A program made the translations under genes and the position numbers. From assembly GCA_030949985.1 (NCBI GenBank), contig JAUZRX010000063.1:6855-70854 (forward strand): 64,000 nt of DNA, in the 5' to 3' direction. The DNA is from Acidobacteriota bacterium (lineage in GTDB: Bacteria; Acidobacteriota; Polarisedimenticolia; J045). The notes beneath the pieces were generated by a model that saw only the letters and a program-made list of their open reading frames with translations, did not search any database and had not been told where the DNA came from. Positions 8,749 through 17,738 of this stretch are shown one piece after another (positions within the stretch are counted from its first letter, which is position 1; every line of letters starts with the position of its first letter).

Positions 8749-9354
8749 ATGTCACGTACTCTCTTGGTGGTCCTGGTCGTCCTGGCCCTGTTCCTGCTCC
8801 TGGGCCTGGGCCTGGCCGGCTTTGCAGCCTCCGGTTACAACCGCTTCGTCGCCCTCGACGAGCAGGTCAGCGCAGCCTGGAGCCAGGTGGAAACCAGCTA
8901 CCAGCGGCGAATGGACCTGATTCCCAACCTGGTTCAGACGGTCAAGGGCGTCGCCGGCTTCGAAAAGGAGGCCTATACGGCGGTGGCCGAGGCCCGCGCC
9001 CGGGCCGGCCAGGTCACCCTCTCACCCCAGTTGCTCTCCGATCCCGGAGCCTTCGCCAAGTTCCAGCAGGCCCAGGGCGAGCTGAGTTCGGCCCTCTCCC
9101 GGCTGCTGGTCACCGTCGAGCGCTACCCGCAGTTGAAGGCCAACGAGAACTTCCGCGACCTGCAGACCCAGCTCGAAGGCACGGAGAACCGCATCGCCGT
9201 GGCCCGCAAGCGCTACAACGACACCGTCAAGGCCTACAACACCGCCGTCCGCCGTTTCCCCGGCAGGCTGCTCGCCGCCCTCTTCGGCTTCCAGAGCCGG
9301 CCCTATTTCGAAGCCGACCAGGGAGCCGAAAACGCCCCGAAAGTAGAGTTCTGA
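8749..9354 (+). CDS. lemA: LemA-family membrane protein
   Basis: N-terminal TM (LLVVLVVLALFLLLGLGLAGF), then NRFVALDEQVSAAWSQVETSYQRRMDLIPNLV…RYNDTVKAYN. Stop overlaps the next start (TGATG at 9352-9356). Confidence 0.85.
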   Translation: MSRTLLVVLVVLALFLLLGLGLAGFAASGYNRFVALDEQVSAAWSQVETSYQRRMDLIPNLVQTVKGVAGFEKEAYTAVAEARARAGQVTLSPQLLSDPGAFAKFQQAQGELSSALSRLLVTVERYPQLKANENFRDLQTQLEGTENRIAVARKRYNDTVKAYNTAVRRFPGRLLAALFGFQSRPYFEADQGAENAPKVEF

Positions 9355-10142
9355 TGCGTCTTTCCCCGGCTGCCGGCAGGCTCGCGCTCGCCCTGGTCGC
9401 GTGGGGCCTGGCCGCCGCTCCGGGCTGGGCCTTGACGATCCCCCAGGCCCCACCCCGCTTCGTCCACGACGGGGCGGGCCTGCTGGCGTCCTCGGCCCGG
9501 CAGGCCCTCGAAGAGCGGCTGATGACGCTGCACCGGGAAAAGGGGCTCCAGATCGGCGTGGCCATCCTGCCCTCCCTCGAAGGCGAATCCCTCGAAGAAG
9601 CCACCCTGGCCATCGCCGAAGCCTGGCAGCCGGGGTTTCGCGGAAGGGACGACGGCCTGCTGATCGCCATCTTTCTCGACGACCGGAAGGTGAGAATCGA
9701 GGTGGGCTACGGCCTCGAGGGTGCGGTGACGGACCTGCTGGCCGGCAGGATCATCCGGGAACGCATCGCCCCCGCCTTCCGGGAGAAGGACTACGGCGGA
9801 GGCCTGCTCCAGGCAGTCGATGCACTGGCGGCGGCCGCAGCCGGCGAGACCATCCCGCCGCCGCGCCGACCGCGCAGCCGTGGTAGTGGGCGCACATCGA
9901 TCGTGCAGCTCGTCGCCCTGCTGATCATCGCCCTGGCGACCCTCCTCTCGCGCTTTTCCCGGCGGCGACGGGGCCTGGGCGCCCGGGGCAGCGACCTGCC
10001 CTTCTGGCTCTGGCTGCTTCTCTGGGGAGGACGAGGCGGCGGGGGAGGCTTCGGCGGTGGGGGCGGCGGCTTCTCCGGCGGCGGGGGAGCGTCTTTCGGC
10101 GGCGGCTCTTTCGGGGGCGGCGGCGCCTCGGGAGGTTGGTAG
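9354..10142 (+). CDS. TPM-domain protein (YgcG-like) with Gly-rich C-terminal tail
   Basis: Signal peptide. TPM fold (…LQIGVAILPSLEGESLEEATLAIAEAWQPG…DDGLLIAIFLDDRKVRIEVGYGLEG…), TM helix, then G/F/S repeat tail GGRGGGGGFGGGGGGFSGGGG…. Confidence 0.8.
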   Translation: MRLSPAAGRLALALVAWGLAAAPGWALTIPQAPPRFVHDGAGLLASSARQALEERLMTLHREKGLQIGVAILPSLEGESLEEATLAIAEAWQPGFRGRDDGLLIAIFLDDRKVRIEVGYGLEGAVTDLLAGRIIRERIAPAFREKDYGGGLLQAVDALAAAAAGETIPPPRRPRSRGSGRTSIVQLVALLIIALATLLSRFSRRRRGLGARGSDLPFWLWLLLWGGRGGGGGFGGGGGGFSGGGGASFGGGSFGGGGASGGW

Positions 10143-10145
10143 ACC

Positions 10146-10829
10146 ATGAAAACCGGTTTTGCGGACTCCCGGCGCCGGACCTTCCTCGGCCGCCTCCTGC
10201 TGGCGCTCTCCCTGCTTCTCGTCGTCTCGAGCGCCTGGCGCCTGCTGCGTGCCACCTGGCTCGCCCCGACCGACGGCTGGATCGCGGGAGGGGCGGCCGA
10301 CGCCCTGTTGCTGGGTAGCGCCGGCCTGACCCTGGGCCTGCTGGGCCTGTGGCTGCTCCGTTCGGCCCTCACCGCCGGCCGCTCCACCCCGGCCACCTTC
10401 CTCACACCCGAGGAAGAAAGGCGGGTGCTCGAAGCCATCGCGAGCTTCGAGTCCCGGACTTCGGGCGAGATCCGCGTGCACCTCGAAGACCGTGTCACCG
10501 GCGACCTGCTCGAGCAGGCCCGACGCACCTTCGAGGAGATCGGCATGACCCGCACCGCCGAACGCAACGGGGTGCTGATCTTCGTCGCCGTCGCTTCCCG
10601 CCGGTTCGCGATACTCGGAGACGAGGGCATCGACGACCGGGTGGAGGAAGGCTTCTGGGACAGCTGCGTCGAGCGGATTCGGCGGCGCTTTGCGGAAGGC
10701 CGCTTCGCCGACGGCCTGGTGGAGGGCATCGAGCTCGCCGGCGCGGCCCTCGCCGAACATTTCCCGGTCCGGGAAGACGATGTCAACGAGCTTCCCGACG
10801 GGATTTCCCGCAGAACCGGGCATGCGTGA
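10146..10829 (+). CDS. TPM-domain protein (second member of the LemA-TPM-TPM operon)
   Basis: Two N-terminal TM helices, then TPM core (…EIRVHLEDRVTGDLLEQARRTFEEIGMTRTAERNGVLIFVAVASRRFAILGDEGI…). Confidence 0.75.
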   Translation: MKTGFADSRRRTFLGRLLLALSLLLVVSSAWRLLRATWLAPTDGWIAGGAADALLLGSAGLTLGLLGLWLLRSALTAGRSTPATFLTPEEERRVLEAIASFESRTSGEIRVHLEDRVTGDLLEQARRTFEEIGMTRTAERNGVLIFVAVASRRFAILGDEGIDDRVEEGFWDSCVERIRRRFAEGRFADGLVEGIELAGAALAEHFPVREDDVNELPDGISRRTGHA

Positions 10830-10890
10830 GCAGGGGGCCCCGGCCGGAGTTACAATCGCTGCTTCCGATTCGGCTTGCGCAGGAGGTTCC

Positions 10891-12228
10891 ATGGCCCTGA
10901 AGGTCCCGCCCCCGGGCGTCGGTCCCGAGGCATACGCCCGCCGTCGCCGGCACGTGATGGACGCCATCGGCGACGGCGTGATGATTCTCGCCGCGGGCAA
11001 GGCTCCCACCTACTCCAACGACACCCACTACCGTTTCCGCCCCGACAGCAACTTCTTCTTCCTCACGGGCTTTCCCGAGGAAGAAGCCGTGGCCGTCCTG
11101 CGCCCCGGGGCGCCCTCGCCCTACACGCTCTTCGTCAGGCCTCGTAACGAGGAAGCCGAAATCTGGACCGGGCGCCGCTACGGGCCCGATGGCGCCGTCC
11201 GGGAATTCGGCGCCGACGCCGCATTCGAGGTGGGGGCTTTGGCCGAAAAGCTCCCCGACCTGCTCGACGGCGCCACCACCCTGTACTACCAGCCCTGGGC
11301 CCAGCGCTCCCTCGACCGGGTCGTGCGGCGCAGCCTCGAGGCCCTGCGCGGCAAGGAGCGCTTCGGCAGGATCGCCGCCGACACCCTGGTCCGGCCGGGC
11401 GCTCTGCTCGACGAGATGCGGCTGATCAAGGAACCGGCCGAGATCGAAGTCCTGGCCCAGGCCTGCCGGATCTCCGCCACCGGGCACCTGGCGGGCATGG
11501 CCGCCTGCCGGCCGGGCTGCATGGAGTTCGAGATCCAGGCGGCGATCGAGCACGCCTTCGTTCGCGAAGGAGCCAGCGGAGCCGGCTACCCGAGCATCGT
11601 GGGCGCCGGTGACAGCGGCTGCATCCTGCACTACATCGAGAACAACCGACAGGTGGCCGAAGCCGACCTCGTCCTGGTCGACGCGGGCGCCGAATTCGGC
11701 GGCTACACCGGTGACATCACGCGAACCTATCCCGCCTCCGGGCATTTCACCACCGCCCAGCGGCAGCTCTACGAGATCGTCCTCGACACGCTCGAACGGG
11801 GCATCGCCATGGCTCGCCCCGGAGAGACCATCGACGGTATCCACGAGGCCTCCCTCAGGCGGCTGAGCGAGGGGCTGCTGGATCTCGGCCTGCTGAGCGG
11901 AAGCCTCGACGAGGTGCTCGAAAAGGAAAGCTACAAACGCTACTACATGCACCGCACGTCCCACTGGCTCGGCATGGACGTCCATGACGTGGGCCGTTAC
12001 AGGAAAGACGGTGCCTGCCGGCCTCTGACCCCGGGCATGGTCTTCACCATCGAACCGGGACTCTACATTCAACCGGCGGATCCGCAGGCCCCGGAAGAAT
12101 TCCGGGGCCTGGCGGTGCGCATCGAAGACGACGTGCTGATCACCGACGATGGATGCCGGAACCTCACCCGCCAGGTGCCGGTGGACCCGGATGCGGTCGC
12201 GGCCCTGGTGGGCCAGCCCCGCCCTTGA
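10891..12228 (+). CDS. pepP: Xaa-Pro aminopeptidase PepP (M24B)
   Basis: AGGAGG RBS. N-domain (…YRFRPDSNFFFLTGF…) and pita-bread catalytic domain (…HYIENNRQVAEADLVLVDAGAEFGGYTGDITRT…HRTSHWLGMDVHDVG…). Confidence 0.85.
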   Translation: MALKVPPPGVGPEAYARRRRHVMDAIGDGVMILAAGKAPTYSNDTHYRFRPDSNFFFLTGFPEEEAVAVLRPGAPSPYTLFVRPRNEEAEIWTGRRYGPDGAVREFGADAAFEVGALAEKLPDLLDGATTLYYQPWAQRSLDRVVRRSLEALRGKERFGRIAADTLVRPGALLDEMRLIKEPAEIEVLAQACRISATGHLAGMAACRPGCMEFEIQAAIEHAFVREGASGAGYPSIVGAGDSGCILHYIENNRQVAEADLVLVDAGAEFGGYTGDITRTYPASGHFTTAQRQLYEIVLDTLERGIAMARPGETIDGIHEASLRRLSEGLLDLGLLSGSLDEVLEKESYKRYYMHRTSHWLGMDVHDVGRYRKDGACRPLTPGMVFTIEPGLYIQPADPQAPEEFRGLAVRIEDDVLITDDGCRNLTRQVPVDPDAVAALVGQPRP

Positions 12229-12284
12229 CCGGCTCTCCCCGCCTCCCGGATCTTCCCGCCAGGCCCTTCGATCCGCCGTGGGGC

Positions 12285-12962
12285 ATGGCCGGCACGCTGC
12301 TGGGCCTGGGAGCCACCTTCTGCCTGGCCATCACGGTGGCCGTCACCCTGGAAGCCGCCCGAACCCTCGCCGGCGTCGATCCCGAAGCGCTCCCCAGCCT
12401 GCCCTGGCGCTACGCCCAGGTGCTGGGCTTCCAGCTCACCCTGGTGGCCGTCCCGCTCCTCTTCGTCCGCTTCACCGGCGCGACCCTGCAGACGCTGGGT
12501 CTCGGCCCCCTGCGCAGGCGCCACGCCGCCGAAGCCATCCCGGTCGGCTGCGGGCTGAGCCTGCTCACCATCGCCTATGGTTCGGCCCTGGCCCGCTGGG
12601 CTCCCGCCGCCTTCGCCGAAATGATCGAAGAGCAGCGGCTCCAGCTCGAATTTCTCGAGGCCCCATGGTTCGTGCTGCTCCCGGTCGCCCTGCTCTGCGC
12701 GCCCCTGGCCGAGGAGATCTTCTTCCGCGGCTTTCTTTTCGGAGGCCTGCGCAATCCCCTCGGATTCGCCCTCGCCTCGGGTCTGACCGCGGCGCTGTTC
12801 ACGCTGGTGCACTGGATGAAATGGTCGACGCCGATCCTCTTCTTCATCGGCTTGTGCAGCGCGGCGCTGGCCCAGCGCCACCGCAGCCTCTGGCCGGCGA
12901 TCTTCATGCACGTGGCCTTCAACGCCAGCGAGCTGCTGCTCGACACCCTGGGGGTCGGCTAG
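12285..12962 (+). CDS. CPBP-family intramembrane metalloprotease (CAAX protease/Abi)
   Basis: Polytopic. Motif 1 EEIFFRGFLFGGL, then FTLVHW and HVAFNA histidine motifs. ATG at 12285 chosen; the frame is open from 12153. Confidence 0.75.
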   Translation: MAGTLLGLGATFCLAITVAVTLEAARTLAGVDPEALPSLPWRYAQVLGFQLTLVAVPLLFVRFTGATLQTLGLGPLRRRHAAEAIPVGCGLSLLTIAYGSALARWAPAAFAEMIEEQRLQLEFLEAPWFVLLPVALLCAPLAEEIFFRGFLFGGLRNPLGFALASGLTAALFTLVHWMKWSTPILFFIGLCSAALAQRHRSLWPAIFMHVAFNASELLLDTLGVG

Positions 12963-12970
12963 CCGCCCTC

Positions 12971-12997
12971 TGAAAAAGCCCCTTTCGCGCGAGGGGC
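12971..12997 (-). terminator. Rho-independent terminator for grxC (GCCCCT-cgcgcgaa-AGGGGC + TTTTTC on minus strand)
   Basis: Hairpin at 12978-12997 followed on the minus strand by a U-run (plus-strand gaaaaa at 12972-12977), about 55 nt past the grxC stop. Confidence 0.6.
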
Positions 12998-13052
12998 CCG
13001 TTCGACGGGGTGCCGGCCGACCTGGAGCACGCCCCGCCCCCTGTTCCGGGCG

Positions 13053-13331
13053 TCAGCCCCCGGGGCCCGACTCGCCGTCTTCGAGCAGGGGATCGAGGCG
13101 ACCGTTCCTGTCGAGAGCCACCAGGTCGTCACAGCCCCCCACGTGGCGCTCGCCGATGAAGATCTGGGGCACCGTCGCGGCTCCCGCGGAACGCTCGAGC
13201 ATCTCGGCCAGGGCGCCTTCCGTGCGCTCCACGTCGATCACCTCGGCCTCCACCCCCTTGGACTCGAGCAAGGCCAGGGCGCGATGACAGTAGGGGCACC
13301 AGCTGCGCGTGTAGATCGTGACTTTGGGCAT
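13053..13331 (-). CDS. grxC: Glutaredoxin 3
   Basis: MPKVTIYTRSWCPYCHRALALLESKGV…TVPQIFIGERHVGGCDDL. CPYC active site. ATG at 13331; the upstream TTG at 13373 is less likely. Confidence 0.85.
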   Translation of the reverse strand: MPKVTIYTRSWCPYCHRALALLESKGVEAEVIDVERTEGALAEMLERSAGAATVPQIFIGERHVGGCDDLVALDRNGRLDPLLEDGESGPGG

Positions 13332-13502
13332 GGTTTCGCCATGCACGATAGACTCCGCTTCCCGGTGGAGCAAGTGCGATTGACTACTCCCGAGTCCCGA
13401 CCGAGCGTCTCCCGATCCGCCCTTCCCCAGCCCGCTTCCCCCCGCGGCGGATGGCTGACGTCACCGGGGCGTGTCGCGGGCCCCGGGGCGAGGCGACGGG
13501 CC

Positions 13503-14933
13503 GTGGGGGTCGGAGCCTTGACCCTGGCCCTGACCTTCCTCCCCCTCGTCACGGGCTACGCGCTGCTGCAGCGGTGGAACTGGCAGCAGATCGTCGCCAC
13601 CGGGATCTACCCGGCCAGCGTTTTCTACGGGGGTTTTCCGCTGCAGATCCCCCGCCTGCTGGTCCTTTCCCTGTTCGCGCTCGACCTGGCTTTCTGGCTG
13701 AGCCTGTGGGCCGTCTCCCCCCTCGGCGAAGGCCCGCGTTCGGTCTTCGTCGCCGCCCGCCACCGTCTGCGGCGACGCCGCCTGCTGGCCCATGCTCCGC
13801 TGGTCCCCGTCGGTGCCCTGATCGTCGGCGCCCGCCTCTACGCCGAGGCCCTCTCCCTGTCGGGCGCCGGGGCCACGTGGTTCGAACCGGCCCGGCTGGC
13901 CGGGGGCGACACATCCCCGGCCGCCTCCTGGGTCTACGGCGAATCCCTGCTGCTGACTTCGCTGGCAGCCTGTTTCGGGGTCCACCTCTCACTGCTGGCC
14001 GGCCTTGCGCGTCCGGGCTGCCGGCTGCGCAACATGCTCCTGCTCCTGGCCGCCGCGGCAGGACTGACGGCGGTCGCCCGCACGCTGGTCCAACCCCTGG
14101 CCGACGGGGGACTGACCCGGGCGATGAACGCCTCCCTCGATCGGGCCGAGGCGACCTGCCCGACGGCCGCCTCCGCCGAGCCCATCGAAGCCGCGGCGAG
14201 GCTCTACGCCATCTTCATCAGAACGACGGCCGACACGCCCGGGCTGCGGCGCCTGCCCGCGGCCTGGCTGCCGCCAACGACCACGGCCTTGCCGCCGCTG
14301 CCCGTGATCTCCGACTCCGGCCTGGCCGTGGTCCTCCGCGGCGACGCGCTGCCTTCCGGCGGAGAACGAGGCGGTTTCGAATACCGGCTGACGGGAGACG
14401 GCACCGCCATCCGCTGGCCCGGCAACGTTCTTCCCTGTCCCGAAGCGCGGATCTTCAAGGGCGACCGGGGCCTGGGCTGGCCCCGGGTCCTCGAGGCGTT
14501 CGGGGAGATCGGTGAGGGGCCGCTGACCCTGGCCTTCCGGCCCGCGCCCCTGGGCCGCCCCCTCTCCCTGCCCGGGGGACCACCGCTGGTCCTGCGCCTG
14601 GCACGACAAGCGGCCGCCGGAAGTGCGAACGCCCCCCCGCCCCGACTACCGCTGCCCTTCCGCCGGCCGCTGGCTTCCGCCTCCGCCCCCTCGGGCGCCG
14701 AAAAAATCCGGCGTTTACGGCCCGGCAGGATCCATCCCTACCGCAGGGAGAAGCCCTTCGACCCCCTGTGGCACGACGCTCTTCCCCTGGTGCGGCCTCC
14801 GGCCGTCGACGGGCGGGGGCGCTGCCGCCTGCGGGTCGATGACCGGGTGTGCTGGGGCGACGTGCTCCGCGCCGTGGTCAGCGCACGTCTCGCCGGAGCC
14901 CGGGAAGTGACACTCCTGACCCCTCCGCGGTAG
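13503..14933 (+). CDS. Hypothetical polytopic membrane protein
   Basis: Several clear TM helices (…LTLALTFLPLVTGYALLQRWNWQQIVATGIYPASVFYGGFPLQIPRLLVLSLFALDLAFWLSLWAV…), then a soluble Pro/Arg-rich C-terminus. Start (GTG 13503) is uncertain. No family recognised. Confidence 0.4.
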   Translation: MGVGALTLALTFLPLVTGYALLQRWNWQQIVATGIYPASVFYGGFPLQIPRLLVLSLFALDLAFWLSLWAVSPLGEGPRSVFVAARHRLRRRRLLAHAPLVPVGALIVGARLYAEALSLSGAGATWFEPARLAGGDTSPAASWVYGESLLLTSLAACFGVHLSLLAGLARPGCRLRNMLLLLAAAAGLTAVARTLVQPLADGGLTRAMNASLDRAEATCPTAASAEPIEAAARLYAIFIRTTADTPGLRRLPAAWLPPTTTALPPLPVISDSGLAVVLRGDALPSGGERGGFEYRLTGDGTAIRWPGNVLPCPEARIFKGDRGLGWPRVLEAFGEIGEGPLTLAFRPAPLGRPLSLPGGPPLVLRLARQAAAGSANAPPPRLPLPFRRPLASASAPSGAEKIRRLRPGRIHPYRREKPFDPLWHDALPLVRPPAVDGRGRCRLRVDDRVCWGDVLRAVVSARLAGAREVTLLTPPR

Positions 14934-15014
14934 CCGAACCCGGGAAGCTGTCCGCCACGCCCCATCACGCTCAAGCCTCCCACCGGGGCGCCGGGAGCAA
15001 CCGTGCAGCCGGGA

Positions 15015-15446
15015 TCAGGACCGGCGCCCGAGCCGCTCGAGATTCCGGACGTAACCTTCCCGGTCGAAGGGGCCGGCAGCCTGGGCCACGTTCTGAATCG
15101 CCAGCAGCAACACCCGCAGCACCTCGTGCTCCGCTTCGTGGCGATCGCGTCCCTGGGCGACGAGCCGCTCGAGAGCCCGGGCGACCTCCGGCGGATCGCC
15201 CTGCCGGGCCTGGGTCTCGAGAACCTGGTGCAGCTGCACGTGGAGGAAGGGGTTGAGATGCTCGTCGGGCTCGCGCCCCTCCCAGTATTCGCGGAACTCC
15301 TCGTGACGCTCGAGTTGCTCGGCCACTTCCCGCTCACCGGGACTCATGTGTTCCTTCTCGTGGCGCCGAGCCCAGACCTCGCGCACGGCCCGGCGCCCGG
15401 CCCGGGCCAGGCTGCGCATGGTTTCGGCATTCTCAAAGGGGGTCAT
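15015..15446 (-). CDS. DUF1841-family protein
   Basis: 143 aa. AGGAGC RBS. Motifs NPFLHVQLHQVLETQ and RHEAEHEVLRVL match my recollection of DUF1841. Confidence 0.6.
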   Translation of the reverse strand: MTPFENAETMRSLARAGRRAVREVWARRHEKEHMSPGEREVAEQLERHEEFREYWEGREPDEHLNPFLHVQLHQVLETQARQGDPPEVARALERLVAQGRDRHEAEHEVLRVLLLAIQNVAQAAGPFDREGYVRNLERLGRRS

Positions 15447-17518
15447 CGGGTAGCTCCTGCTTCGCCCCGCGGATCGGCCGGCGACTGTGTCAGCGAAACC
15501 CGCAGGGCGTCGGATGGCCATGGATGCTCCCCCTCCAGCAGGATCCGGCCATCGGGAGAGAAGACCCAGCCCGCGTCGGGTCGGCGGCGAACCGCCTCGA
15601 GGGCCCGGTCGAGTTGCATGGGTTCGAGGGCGTCGACCACCAGCGCCAGCCCTTCCCCCGGCTCCCCGTGGGCCAGGGCGGCCGCCACGAAGGCCCCTGC
15701 CGCAGCGCTCGATCGTCCGTCCACCCCCAGCCGCCGCGGCGCGGTCAGCAGCGTGCGCTGCGGCGCCGGCTGCCCGGCGACCCTGTTCCAGAAACGCTCG
15801 GTGGCCCGTCCGAGCACGGCGACGCGGGCGGCCGCCTCCCAGTGGCGAGGTTGGACCTCCCCCTCCGCGAGAATCGTCGCCGCCGGAAAGAAAGTGCCCG
15901 CCAGCAGGCGCGCCCGCCCCTCGGTCCGCCGCCCCCTGCCCGCGCCGATGACGACCAGCTCGACCCCCCCCAGGGCCCGTCCCAGCACCGGGGGCCGGTC
16001 GTCCGGCTCCACAGCCCGCAACAGGTCCCAGCGGGGATCCACCTCCACCTCGACCGGGGGAAACTCCGTCCGCAGGGGCACGGTGACCGACGCGCCCGCG
16101 AGCCTGCCCAGGCCGCTGATCTGCTGCCCCGCGTCGCCCCGGACCGTGACCGGGATCGGCAGATGGCAGGGCGGGTCGGCGGCCACCGTCACATCCAGGC
16201 TGTGGCGCTTGCCCTGCCGCCGTTGGCGAACCGGTCCGACCCGCAACCGCGGCGGTCGCTCCATCGCCTCCCAGGCCTCGATCCACGGGCGGCGGGACGC
16301 CCCGGCCGCCTGGCGCAGCAAGGCCGCGAAAGCCTCCCGCCCCACACGCCGGCCCCTGTGGCGGGAGAGCAACTCCCGCAGGGCCCCGAGCACCCGCTGC
16401 CGGCCCACCAGAATCTCGAGCATGTGCATTTTCATGGCGGGAGCCAGCGCGGCATCCGGGGGGCGCCAGGACTCCCCCGCCAGGCGCAGGAGCCGGCGAC
16501 GATCGGCCAGAGCGCGCTCAGGCGGGAGGAAGAGACTCTCCGCCCAGCGCGCCAGCCCCTCGATCACGCCCTCGTCTCCGGCCCGGGGATGGATTCCCGC
16601 TCCGAACCACTGCCGGAGCCACTGCCGGCGCCACCAGTCGAGTCGCGGCTCGGCCAGGGCCCGGTCGAACTCGGCATCCGGGACGAGGAGCCCGCCGGCG
16701 ATCGCCCGGCCTGCATCCGGGGGCCCCGTCGTCACGACTACCCGGGACCAGGGCGGCGCGCCCAACAGGCTCGCCAGTTCCGCCGCCAGGTCCCGCAACC
16801 GCGCGGCGAGCCGGCGAGCCGCGACGGGATCGACGGCGTCGGACGTCCAGACCTCCACGGCGGTCCCCTGGCCGGGCGCCCGGTAGACCCGCCGCTCGGC
16901 CACCAGCAGGTCGATGCCGTCCACCGGCTTCTTCGACTCCAGCACGAGCCCGCCCCCCGGCTCCTCCCCGGGCAAGGGAGCCCCCGAAGCGAGGACCCGG
17001 GCGGCACCCACACCTTCCAGGCGCAGCCGGTAGGGGCGCGGCGGCCCCTCGAAACGCGGATACCACGCCGCCGTCCCGGGCAGCCAGGCACCCCCGGCAC
17101 CGATGCCGACGCCGCCGCCCCCCGGCGGCAGGGTCCCCCCCCAGGTCACCACGACTTCTCCTGCGCCGTCCGGAGCCGTGGAGGGCGCCACCAGGGTCCA
17201 GCGGCGCACCGGGGGGCCGGATCCGGCCGGACCGGGCGCGCGCCAGGTCAGCGGCAGGCTCCTGCCGGCCGTTGACCGCCAGGTGGCCTCCCGGGGCTCG
17301 AGGGTCGCGGCCAACCGGAAGTCGGGCGGCTGACCGATCCGACGCATCGGCAGGTGCAACGCCCCTTCGATGCGGCCCGAGGCCCTGTCGAAACGCACGT
17401 CGATGGTGAGTGCCGCCGCTGACGCGTCCGCTCCGCCACCCCGGGCCGCCGGGGCTGAAAGCACCCAGGCAGCGGCGCCCAGGAAGCACCACTGGCCGAC
17501 TTGCCGGATCCGACTCAT
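15443..17518 (-). CDS. Secreted hypothetical protein (691 aa)
   Basis: ATG at 17518 with signal peptide MSRIRQVGQWCFLGAAAWVLSAPAARG. Stop overlaps the DUF1841 start (ATGA). No catalytic motif recognised; HMLEI is not HEXXH. Confidence 0.55.
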   Translation of the reverse strand: MSRIRQVGQWCFLGAAAWVLSAPAARGGGADASAAALTIDVRFDRASGRIEGALHLPMRRIGQPPDFRLAATLEPREATWRSTAGRSLPLTWRAPGPAGSGPPVRRWTLVAPSTAPDGAGEVVVTWGGTLPPGGGGVGIGAGGAWLPGTAAWYPRFEGPPRPYRLRLEGVGAARVLASGAPLPGEEPGGGLVLESKKPVDGIDLLVAERRVYRAPGQGTAVEVWTSDAVDPVAARRLAARLRDLAAELASLLGAPPWSRVVVTTGPPDAGRAIAGGLLVPDAEFDRALAEPRLDWWRRQWLRQWFGAGIHPRAGDEGVIEGLARWAESLFLPPERALADRRRLLRLAGESWRPPDAALAPAMKMHMLEILVGRQRVLGALRELLSRHRGRRVGREAFAALLRQAAGASRRPWIEAWEAMERPPRLRVGPVRQRRQGKRHSLDVTVAADPPCHLPIPVTVRGDAGQQISGLGRLAGASVTVPLRTEFPPVEVEVDPRWDLLRAVEPDDRPPVLGRALGGVELVVIGAGRGRRTEGRARLLAGTFFPAATILAEGEVQPRHWEAAARVAVLGRATERFWNRVAGQPAPQRTLLTAPRRLGVDGRSSAAAGAFVAAALAHGEPGEGLALVVDALEPMQLDRALEAVRRRPDAGWVFSPDGRILLEGEHPWPSDALRVSLTQSPADPRGEAGATR

Positions 17519-17738
17519 GGTGGGGATGCTAGACCAAGTTGCGGCATCCGACACGGGAGCCTCCGCGCAGAAGGGGAAGGACGGGGACCGCAGCCGCGGT
17601 GATGCGAAAGGCCACCCCCGGAGAGACGAATCCCGGGAACCGGCCGCCACCTGGAGAAAAGCCTCTCGCCAAGGCCGATGCATGGGGCGGGGGCAGTGGC
17701 TATGATGTGCGGCTCATCGAGACAGGGAGGAGACCGCC

